Of a stretch of DNA of 64,000 bases, positions 23,701 to 50,900 are shown piece after piece. Each line of letters opens with the position of its first letter. Positions within the stretch are counted from its first letter, which is position 1. The DNA is from Macrostomum lignano. Taxonomy: Eukaryota. Made by a program: the position numbers and the translations under genes. The stretch is taken from contig NIVC01000827.1 in assembly GCA_002269645.1 (NCBI GenBank), forward strand, positions 186,001 to 250,000. Direction: 5' to 3'. The notes below the pieces were generated by a model. The model ran no database searches, was not told where the DNA came from, and was given only the letters and a program-made list of their open reading frames with translations.

Positions 23701-23846
23701 AGTGCCTCAGTCACAGAAGTGCCTCAGTCACAGAAGTGCCTCAGTCACAGAAGTGCTTCAGTCACAGCAGTGCCTCAGTCACAGAAGTGTCTCAGTCACA
23801 GCAGTGTCTCAGTGACAGAAGTGCCTCAGTCACAGAAGTGCCTCAG

Positions 23847-23860
<14 letters not shown>
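20736..23860. repeat. 17-bp satellite TCACAGAAGTGC(C/T)TCAG, ~184 units, overlapping the REV3L stop codon
   Basis: 3125 bp of tandem 17-mers. Confidence 0.98.
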
Positions 23861-39401
<15,541 letters not shown>

Positions 39402-39710
39402 GGCTGCTGCCGGGCAAGACGGAGCTGCAACAGACAACAGGTGCCTGCTGTTGCTAGGGGCAGAGCTCAACTCCTACTCGCAACCCCGCTCCTCAGTCCG
39501 AGATGAAACTTCTGTGTCTCTACCGCAACGTGTCTTATGCTATACAGGAGTTGGCAGAGATTTCATTATCAACTCTGAGCTGTGTTCTGATTGTCAAAAT
39601 AAATAAATGGAATTGAATACACTGTAGATACAGACACAGGTAGTCAGATGGGGTACTTAGATAGGGATGATGGACAGACAGAAAGTAGGAGCCAGACAGA
39701 AGGGTAAATA

Positions 39711-39778
39711 AATAGATAGATTGATAGATAGATGGATAGATGGATAGATAGATAGATAGATAGATAGATGGATAGATG

Positions 39779-39848
<70 letters not shown>

Positions 39849-40350
39849 AAAACGGATAGATATAGATAGATGGATAGAAAAATGGATAGATATAGATAGA
39901 TGGATAGAAAAATGGATAGATATAGATAGATGGATAGAAAAATGGATAGATATAGATAGATGGATAGAAAAATGGATAGATATAGATAGATGGATAGAAA
40001 AATGGATAGATATAGATAGATAGATAGAAAAACGGATAGATATAGATAGATGGATAGAAAAATGGATAGATATAGATAGATGGATAGAAAAATGGATAGA
40101 TATAGATGGATAGAAAAATGGATAGATATAGATAGATGGATATAGATAGATGGATAGAAAAATGGATAGATATAGATAGATGGATATAGATAGATGGATA
40201 GAAAAATGGATAGATATAGATAGATGGATATAGATAGATGGATAGAAAAATGGATAGATATAGATAGATGGATATAGATAGATGGATAGAAAAATGGATA
40301 GATATAGATAGATAGATATTAGATAGATGGATAGAAAAATGGATAGATAT
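39711..40350. repeat. (GATA)n-derived microsatellite/minisatellite upstream of the REV3L ATG
   Basis: Visible; an AG acceptor (TGTTGCAG) just upstream of the ATG suggests a 5' UTR intron or outron. Confidence 0.9.
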
Positions 40351-41768
40351 ATGCACAGCCTACACAAACAGCACAAGCGCAACAAAGGAGAGAAGAGCAG
40401 CGAGTCCCAGCGGCTTATTAATAGGCCACAGCTCAACACTGCGGCAGTGCAGGACAACGGGGCTCCATGCGGAGCAGGCCTTCGTATTGGACCATCATTT
40501 ATTTCGCGCTTTGCTTTGCAATTCGTGTCAGTCACACCTTAAATTTGAAATTAAAACACTGCTAAGCAACAGAGTTTTCAACAGCAGATGAGCAAAGGCG
40601 AGTCGTCGGCAGGACGCGCGGTCGGGGCAGTCATGGGGAAGTTTGCACTTAATGGTCACCGTCACCGCAGGCGGAGGGGCGCGAATGCTTGCTACAGGTA
40701 AACAAGAAATAATGGATAGTAAAAAATATAAAAAACCACGGCATCACTGAGGCAGCCGACACCTGGCAATGCTGACCGCAGCCCCCAGCTCAGGCGGGAG
40801 GCACCCCAGCCAACACAGGTAAAATAGGAAAGAAGTACTGACTCTAGACAACTCAAAACCGACGAGATGTCGTGGTAACAGTCACCAAAAAGTCGTCCAA
40901 GATTCAAGAGTCTGGGGCGTACACTCGCGGTAGAATCACTGAGAATTACGTCTGAGGCGCATCAGCGTCACTATATTGACAGAATCGCTAATACTCATGG
41001 GCGACTTTTTATGACTCTTTTACAATCCCGCAACTCACGTGATGCGCTCGCGACTCAACAGTCGTTAAAAAGTCACAAGTATCACCCCTTAGAGTCGCTA
41101 GAGTCACAAGTGGGTTGTTTGCAATGACTCGTTAGAGCGATTCTTGTCACGGCGGTAACGTTTTCAACTGACTGACAGAAGACAAGCCAGAGCGATTGCG
41201 ATAAAAAAACCGTTATCGATTATCACACACGCGCTATAATCAGCGATGAAGCGAATAAACACGAAATCGGACTAAATTATATAAGGCAATTTTGCGTATA
41301 ATGCTACTAGCCAAATCGCAGCTGAGTAGCATATCGCTTAGCAAGTTCAGAGAAGGAAAATTCGAAGTTCAGTTCAGTATGCATGAATTATGAGCTCTCC
41401 GATGGAAGACGGCAACTTCAGTTGCACAGCTAAATAGCATGAACTGAATTTATAGAAAAACACAAGCTAAATATGAATCAAAAATCTATTATTTATGAAT
41501 CAGGCATGCTGTAACTGTCATGTACACGCAAAAAACGGAATAGATAATCAGAGAAAGTTGAGGATCAGGAAAAAGAAATAGACAAATAAAAATTTGCCAC
41601 AGGAATGTACACACACAGGATTAAATTAGCATCTTATCTTCGTTAAAAACAACACCACCCCCAGTGCAGTCTGACTGACTACTGAAAGTAGCGAGGAAAG
41701 AGCAGAAGAAAACTGGCGAGCGCGGGGCGGGGAGAGAGAAGGGGAGGCTGCGCTGGGGCGGCCCGTCA

Positions 41769-41993
41769 TCACTTGTCGGACTTGACGCTGCCGTTGCTGA
41801 GCGACGCCATGGGGATCCGGTTGCTGTTGTGGTCGGCCTTGGCGCCGCCGTCGCCCGCACCGCCGCTGCCGCCGCCCAGGCTGGGGTCGGAAGCGACCCG
41901 CCTGCTGTACACCGTGTCTTCTTCGTCTGAGCTCAGGCTGAAGCTCATGCGGCCGCCGGACTCGTTGCCATTGTTCAGCGGGGCGTAGAACAC
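41769..41993 (-). CDS. KIAA0319L: KIAA0319-family exon 8 (cytoplasmic tail and stop)
   Basis: VFYAPLNNG...[11 protein letters not shown]...DK*. Confidence 0.85.
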   Translation of the reverse strand: MFYAPLNNGNESGGRMSFSLSSDEEDTVYSRRVASDPSLGGGSGGAGDGGAKADHNSNRIPMASLSNGSVKSDK

Positions 41994-44900
41994 CTGCGGG
42001 TTGGGGCGGCCGGAGTCTCTGTGCCTGGCCTGAAGTGCTGCCTGGCCTCCAATATACTTTCTATCCCAAGCATTTCAATCACCTACTCTCTCCCACTCGC
42101 CCTTTCCTTTAAGCAAAAACAACCGGAAGCACCAACTGGAAGCACCAAGGACACAACCGGAAGCACCAAGAACACAACCGGAAGCACCAAGAACACAACC
42201 GGAAGCACCAAGAACACAAATGGAAGCACCAAGAACACAACCGGAAGCACCAAGAACACAAATGGAAGCACCAAGAACACAAATGGAAGCACCAAGAACA
42301 CAACCGGAAGCACCAAGAACACAACCGGAAGCACCAAGAACACAACCGGAAGCACCAAGAACACAGCCGGAAGCACCAAGAACACAAATGGAAGCACCAA
42401 GAACACAACCGGAAGCACCAAGAACACAGCCGGAAGCACCAAGAACACAAATGGAAGCACCAAGAACACAGCCGGAAGCACCAAGAACACAAATGGAAGC
42501 ACCAAGAACACAGCCGGAAGCACCAAGAACACAAATGGAAGCACCAAGAACACAACCGGAAGCACCAAGAACACAACCGGAAGCACCAAGAACACAACAG
42601 AAAGCACCAAGGACACAACCGGAGGCACCAAGGACACAACCGAAAGCACCAAGAACACAACCGGAAGCACCAAGAACACAACCGGAAGCACCAAGAACAC
42701 AACAGGAAGCACCAAAAACACAACCGGAAGCACCAAGGACACAACCGGAAGCACCAAGGACACAACCGGAAGCACCAAGGACACAACCGGAAGCACCAAG
42801 GACACAACCAGAAGCACCAAGAACACAACTGGAAGCACAAAGAACACAACCGGAAGCACCAATAAAACAACCGGAAGCACCAAGTAGACCACCAGAAGCA
42901 TCATAAACACAACCGGAAGCACCAAAAAGACAACCGAAAGCAGCAGAAGGCCTCCAATTAAGAAATATTCCTCTCACCTTATCCCTTGACCCGCCGCCGC
43001 CAGCCATCATAGCCGCAGCTTTCCTCAGCCGGCGAACTTTGCTGCCGCTGCCCGTCCGCAGGTGAGCAGCCGCAGCCGCAGCGCTGGCCCGCCGATAGCG
43101 CAGGCAGCAGTACAGCAGCCAGACCGCGGCGCAGAAGCCCAGCAGGCTGATGGTCACCCCCAGAGACACGTACACCACCGACCAGTCGCAGTTGGACTCG
43201 CCATCGCCGAATCGAACACGCAGCGGATTCTCCATCCAGAAGGAGGCGCAGACGCACTGTCTGGTGGAATTGTCGCAGTAGCCCCTGTCCGAGCAGCCCA
43301 GCTGGCAGACCTCCGTGTGCAGCTCCAGCACCGGGAACTCCAGCAGGGTGGCTGGCAGCCGGCGCTTCAACACGGCGGCCAGCCGAGGTCCCGGCAGGTA
43401 GGTGCCGTTGGCGAAGCCGGCCGACAGGCGCATGACGATGCTGGCCTGCCTCGGCCGCAGACCCAGCAGGCGCAGGTTGCAGCCGGGGTGCGGGCCGCGC
43501 AGAGTCAGCTGCATCTGCGACATCAGGTTGGACAGGTCCGACTGGCGCAGTGCCGACGGGTCCGCCCGAAGCTCAAGGCTGGCCACCGAGGCGGCGTGCG
43601 GCCAGGGCCGGACAAGGATGGCCGCATCGGCTGTCCCGGTGGCGCCTTCCGAGTCCTTGACGGTCAGGCGGAAACTGTAGCGGCCGGGCAGCAGGCCGAG
43701 CAGCAGCAGGCGGGGCGACGCGTCCGAGCCGTTCAGCACCTGCCCGACGGCCAGGGAGACGTCTTGCCTGCGGCGGGTCGGAGGCGGGGGTCATTTAAGG
43801 TCAATTAGCGCTGGAATGAGGCCATCTGGGGTCATTCTTCACTTTCTAAGAAATCAGGTCACTCATTCTATCTGAAAAATGGGGTCATCTGGGGTTACTT
43901 TAAGGGATCATCTAGAGGTCATTCTGAGTTCAGCCTACACTATGCAGGTATAATGGGGTCATCTAAGGTCGCTGTCCGACCTCCGAATAGCCAACAATCC
44001 CCGCACGGCGCACCTGGTCCACTTGTACTCCACAATGCCCTTATCGTCCCAGCTCTTGGAGGCGTCAAGCGCAACCAACGTAGCCCCGGTGCCGTCCATG
44101 TCGACAACCCGATCGCCGCCGGCATCGGCCTTCGGCGCCTGATTGGGGCCCGGCTTGACCGTGACGGTGACCACCGCCGATCCAACGCCGCCGTCCAGAT
44201 CGACAGCCTCGGCTCGCAGCTTGTAGACTCCGGCCTGCAGGTTGGTGAGGGTGACGCTGGGCTGGGTGGCGTTGGCCAGCTTCGCGCTGCCGGGGCCGGT
44301 CAGCAGAGTCCAGCGCCACGACTTCACGCCGGTGTCGTCAACGGCAGACGCGTTCAGCACCAGACGGGTGAGCGGCAGTTCGACCTGAAATTTCATAGCG
44401 TTGGGTGGCGCATAGCCTTCTTAAATTTGTAAATCTCGTACTTTTGTGAATTTTGCGTACTTTTGTGCATTATAAGTACTTTTGTGCATTTAATGTACTT
44501 TTCTGCATTACATGTACTTTTGCGAATTTGTGTACTTTTGTGCTTTATATGTACTTTCGTGAATTTTTGTGTACTTTTGTGCACTATATGTATTTTTTGC
44601 ATTATATGTACTTTTGTGACTTTTGTTTACTTTTGTGCATTACATGTACTTTCGTGAATTTCGTGTACTTTTATGCATTTTATGTACTTTTGTGCATGTT
44701 TGTTTTAAACTCTAAATATGATTTTGACCATTTTCGCATCGTTCCTCCCATCCGATCCATCGAATGTACATCTATACATCATATGTACATTATAACCCTT
44801 GTGTATATCCTAATATACACAGTACATTCTAAGTAACTGGTTTAAATTTTTGTTTAAGCAGATACAATGAAATCACTGACGCCAACTCACAGTCAGCTCT

Positions 44901-47900
44901 GGGGGCAGCAGTGTCACCACTGGCAAAGCATTCTTAGGCCTGCGTTTAACCAGCACGTTGACGGTTGCCGAGTCCGTCTGGCCGCGGGCGTCAGTGACGG
45001 TCAGTTCGAATGCGTAATCGCCTTCGACTAGGCCGGACAAGTGCAGGACTGGCGTGTGCACTCCCTGCGGTGGGGTGGCGGGGAGTCGACAAGTGCTCTT
45101 GTGCGAGCTTAGCTTACTAGGAATTAGAAACTGCTTTGAAATATTTTAATGAAAATGGGTAATGTAAAAAGGAAGTTGGTTTTTTATCAGCCTAAATACC
45201 GGAAGGTGGTGCTTTGAAGGCCTATTCTAAAGACTGGAAGTTGATTTTATAAAGACCGGAAGTTAATGCTTTAAATGCTGGAAGTTTATGCTTTAAATGC
45301 CGGCAGTTAATGCTTTAAATGCCGGAAGTCGATGCTTTAAATGCCGGAAGTCGATGCTTTAATGCTGGAAGTTGATGCTATAAAGGCCGGAAGTTGATGC
45401 TTTAAATGCCGGAAGTTAATGCTTTAAATACCGGAAGTTGATGCTTTAAATGCCGGAAGTTGATGCTTTTAATGCCGGCAGTTAATGCTTTAAATGCCGG
45501 AAGTTAATGCTTTAAATGCTGGAAGTTGATGCTTTAAATGCCGGAAGTTAATGCTTTAAATGCTGGAAGTTGATGCTTTAAATGCCGGCAGTTAATGCTT
45601 TAAATGCCGGAAGTCGATGCTTTAATGCCGGAAGTTGATGCTTTAATGCCGGAAGTTGATGCTATAAAGGCCGGAAGTTAATGCTTTAAATACCGGAAGT
45701 TGATGCTTTAAAGGCCGGAAGTTGATGCTTTAAATGCCGGAAGTTAATGCTTTAAATACCGGAAGTTGATGCTTTAAATGCCGGAAGTTGATGCTTTTAA
45801 TGCCGGCAGTTAATGCTTTAACTGCCGGAAGTTAATGCTTTAAATGCTGGAAGTTGATGCTTTAAATGCCGGAAGTTAATGCTTTAAATGCTGGAAGTTG
45901 ATGCTTTAAATGCCGGCAGTTAATGCTTTAAATGCCGGAAGTTGATGCTTTGAATGACCTAATCTCAAGACCGGAAGTTGTTTCTTTAAAGACCGGAAGT
46001 TGTTGCTTTGAATGACCTAATCTCAAGACCGGAAGTTGATTCTTTAAAGACCGGAAGTTGTTGCTTTGAATGACCTAATCTCAAGACCAGAAGTTAATGC
46101 TTTAAAGAGCCCAATCTTAAAACCGGAAATCGATGCAATAAAATTGCGTAATTTAATGACCGGAAGCTGGTGCAACAAGGGCAAAATAAACGATACAAAT
46201 CAAAGCAGACAAACTGCCTACCTGCATATCGGCGCTAAGATGGCTGCCCCCTTTCTGCCGCCACATATAGCTGACAATGCCGTGATCATCTGTGCTGGCA
46301 TTGCCGTACAGAGTGATGTTATTCTGAGGCAGGTAGATGACGCTGCTCTGGCCAGCGCTGGCCTTGGGCTTGTCGTCCGGCTCGGGAATGACGGTGATGT
46401 TTGCCGTGGCCGAATCGCTCAAACCTTTGGCGTCCTGCACAGTCAGTCGGATCACGTAGAAGCCGGCTTTGAGTTTGTTCAACTGGAGGATCTGCTGGTC
46501 CTGGGAGACGCTGTGCAAATCCTGGGCCGTCAGCGGACCGTCCACCACCTGCCAGTGGTAGGACTCGATCTTCTGGTCTCCGTCAACGCTGCCGCTGCCG
46601 TCCAGGATGACGTTGTTGGGCAGCTGGATGGATAAGGATGCCGGTTTGATTACCGCCTTTGGCGGCTTGCTCTTGTGCTTCGCCGGTTTCACCGTTACCA
46701 TGACAACGGCTTTGCCAACGCGATTCGAATCCGTTTTGTCAGTGACGTCGACCTGCGAGTAATTGGGAAAGGATTTACACACATCCTGTATCTATATCAC
46801 ACACACTCGGATGTAGATACGAGTATAGAGGATTTGCACACAACTGACCGGAAGTGGATATAGAGGATTGGCACGCAAATGACCGGAAGTGGATATCGAG
46901 GATTGGCACGCAACTGACCGGAAGTAGAGATAGAGGATTTGCACACAACTGACCGGAAGTAGAGATAGAGGATTTGCACACAACTGACCGGAAGTAGAGA
47001 TAGAGGATTTGCACACAACTGACCGGAAGTAGAGATAGAGGATTTGCACAAAACTGACTGGAAGTGGATAATAGAGGATTTGCACACTAACGACAGGAAG
47101 TAGAGATAGAGGATTTGCACAAAACTGACCGGAAGTGGATAATAGAGGATTTGCACAATAACGACCGGAAGTAGAGATAGAGGATTTGCACACAACTGAC
47201 CGGAAGTAGAGATAGAGGATTTGCACACAACTGACCGGAAGTAGAGATAGAGGATTTGCACACAACTGACCGGAAGTAGAGATAGAGGATTTGCACAAAA
47301 CTGACCGGAAGTGGATAATAGAGGGTTTGCACACTAACGACCGGAAGTAGAGATAGAGGATTTGCACACAATTGAGCGGAAATAGAGATAGAGGATTTGC
47401 ACACAACTGACCGGAAGTAGAGATAGAGGATTTGCACACAACTGACCGGAAGTAGAGATAGAGGATTTGCACACAACTGACCGGAAGTAGAGATAGAGGA
47501 TTTGCACACAACTGACCGGAAGTAGAGATAGAGGATTTGCACACAACTGACCGGAAGTAGAGATAGAGGATTTGCACAAAACTGACCGGAAGTAGAGATA
47601 GAGTATTTGCACACTAACGACCGGAAGTAGAGATAGAGGATTTGCACACAATTGAGCGGAAATAGAGAAAGAGGATTTGCACACTAACGACCGGAAGTAG
47701 AGATAGAGGATTTGCACAAAACTGACCGGAAGTGGATAATAGAGGATTTGCACACTAACGACCGGAAGTAGAGATAGAGGATTTGCACACAATTGAGCGG
47801 AAATAGAGATAGAGGATTTGCACACAACTGACCGGAAGTAGAGATAGAGGATTTGCACACAACTGACCGGAAGTAGAGATAGAGGATTTGCACACAACTG

Positions 47901-50900
47901 ACCGGACGTAGAGATAGAGGATTTGCACACAACTGACCGGGAGTAGAGATAGAGGATTTGCACAAAACTGACTGGAAGTGGATAATAGAGGATTTGCACA
48001 CTAACGACCGGAAGTAGAGATAGAGGATTTGCACAAAACTGACTGGAAGTGGATAATAGAGGATTTGCACACTAACGACCGGAAGTAGAGATAGAGGATT
48101 TGCACAAAACTGACCGGAAGTGGATAATAGAGGATTTGCACACTAACGACCGGAAGTAGAGATAGAGGATTTGCACACAACTGACCGGAAGTAGAGATAG
48201 AGGTTTTGCACACTAATGACCGGAAGTGGGTTGAGGATGCGCGCACTAACGACCGGAAATGGGTTAAGGAATTGCACACTAATGACCGGAAGTGGATACA
48301 GAGGATTTAACACTAATGAACGGAAGGTGTGGATAGAGAAACTATTCATTACGCGCTGAAACTAGCTAATCTACCAATAGTAGACTAATAAGTAGCAATT
48401 GTTTATTTTTCTTGTCTCTAAGTGAAAAAATATGTATGTAATAATTCTTCACAGTTAATCCTTTCGAGACTCGCGTAAGTTTGAGTAACTTGGTTTAGGA
48501 AAGTGGGGAAAAAGAAACACTTCAGTGAACGGAGACTAGGGGTAGAAATTGTGCAGCATTGCATAGCTGGGGCACGCAAACTATTAGAACTGCAACAGCG
48601 AGGAAGCCTTATAACTACTGCCCACCCCCACACAAGCAGCCAGTTAATTAATTCTTTAGCGCCAGAACGGAATGAGCCAGTTGTTAAAAGTGCACTCAAC
48701 TCAGAGAGTCAAGTCGCGTCCTTGACTTCACTATGTGGCGAATATTAAATAGTGGCCAGTATTGAAACTTTATTGAAAAAACTTGAAAGCTTCAGCAGTT
48801 AGAAAAATGACAACACACGCCGTACAAAGTTAGAGAAATTTCTACTTATAAAAATTGAATTAATAAACTCTCCATTTCAGTGGGCCAGTTTCAAATGCCA
48901 GATCAGTTTGAATTTGATCGAATCCACAGGTGTTCCAGGTCAATATCGAACTCCAGGTATGCCAGGAGTCAATACCTAATCCCAGGTATGCCAGGAGTCA
49001 ATACCTAATCCCAGGTATGCCAGGAGTCAATATGAAATCCCAGGTATGCCAGGGGTCAATATGAAATCCCAGGTATGCCAGGGTCAATATCGAATCCCAG
49101 GTATGCCAGGGTCACTATCGAATCCCAGGTAATCCAGGAGTCAATATTGAATCCTAGGTATGCCAGGAGTTAATATCGGATCCCAGATGTTCCAGGTCAA
49201 TATCGAATCCCCGATATGCCAGTTATGCCAGAAGTCAATATCGAATCCCAGGTATGCCAGGGGTCAATATAAAATGCTAGGTGTTCCAGGTCAATATTAA
49301 ATCCCAGGTATGCCAGGGTCAATATCGAGTCCCAGGTGCTCCAGGGGTCAATATCAAATCCCAGGTATGCCAGGGTCAATATCGAATCCTAGGTATGCCA
49401 GGGGTCAATATCGAATCCCAGGTATGCCAGGGGTCAATATTGAATCCCAGGTATGCCAGGGTCAATATCGAATCCCAGGTATGCCAGGGTCAATATCGAA
49501 TTCCAGGTGCTCCAGGGGTCAATATCAAATCCCAGGTGTTCCAGGGGTCAATATCGAATCCCAGGTATGCCAGGGGTCAATATCGAATCCCAGGTATGCC
49601 ATGAGTCAATATCGAATTCCAGGTGCTCCAGGGGTCAATATCAAATCCCAGGTACTCCAGGGGTCAATATCGAATCCCAGAAATGCCAGGTGTCAAGTTG
49701 AAACCCCAGGTATGCTAATCAGCAAAGGATAAGCTCACCTGCAGAACGTATTTGCCTTCAACCAGCTCGCTAAGCTTCAGGCTAGCTGTATTCCGGTTTT
49801 GGAACTGGCCCTTCCTGGGTCCCGAGATCACCTTCCACGAGTACGCCAGACGCTTGGCAGCGGCCCCCGTGGGCTCCGGGATGATGGAGGCGTGCAGCTC
49901 GATGCTGTTGAGAGGCAGCTCGATGGTGCGGTTGCTGCCGGCGCTAACAATGAGCTGCTCGCGCTTGCTCGGAGCTGGGCGCGGGAAAAAGGGAAGCGGA
50001 GAGGGCGCCAATGCAATTAAACTGCGCGGGTTTATCCTCAGGTTGATTCACAAGCACGAATTTGAGCATGTGAAATAAAAATAAAATATTCTGGTGTTTC
50101 ATGGAAAATCCGAGATTATTGATAAAAATCATCTCATACCTCAGAGGGTAAATAAACTGGTCAAAAACCACAAAACTTAATTGATATAAACTATTTTTCG
50201 TAAATCGCAAATCGAAAAAATGAAATAAAATTCAATGCCCAGATTTAAATGCAGTTAATAATAGACTTTTTAAAAAACTCACTTTGTAAACTTGAATCTA
50301 AATTATCATTATCTCAATCCCACAATCACAATTCCAGATTCCTAATTCCAGATTCCCGCAATCGAAAATCTAGAATACCATTATCCCAACTCCAGAACCT
50401 CATTATCCCAACTCCAGAACCTCATTATCCCAACTCCAGAACCTCATTATCCCAACTCCAGAACCTCATTATCCCAACTCCAGAACCTCATTATCCCAAC
50501 TCCAGAACCTCATTATCCCAACTCCAGAACCTCATTATCCCAACTCCAGAACCTCATTATCCCAACTCCAGAACCTCATTATTCCAACCCCAGAACCTCA
50601 TTATCCCAACTCCAGAACCTCATTATCCCAACTCCAGAACCTCATTATCCCTATTCCAGAACCTCATTATCCCTATTCCAGAACCTCATTATCCCAACTC
50701 CAGAATCTCCTTATCCCAACTGCAGAATGCCAACAATCTCAGTCTAGAGTGCTTCGCCAAACCTTTTTGCGGCAAACGATTTGAAATAGATTGACAATAC
50801 AGAGCCAAAGCACAATAGTGAAGGGCTCCGGTCTGCAGCACAGCAACTCAGCACGGGTATTGTCAAATAATTTGCTTGGCTAAATTAGGCTACACTAATA

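Noticed and set aside
39402-39470. TTG-initiated N-terminal extension of REV3L in the ORF track
   Set aside because: It crosses an acceptor-like TGTTGCAG; the ATG at 39401 better fits the conserved N-terminus.
42021-42925. Mucin-like (TTGSTKN)n ORF and other repeat ORFs (17047-18123, 30319-31614, 39535-40535, 46775-48349, 59766-60860)
   Set aside because: All coincide with tandem repeats, most inside introns bounded by valid splice sites.
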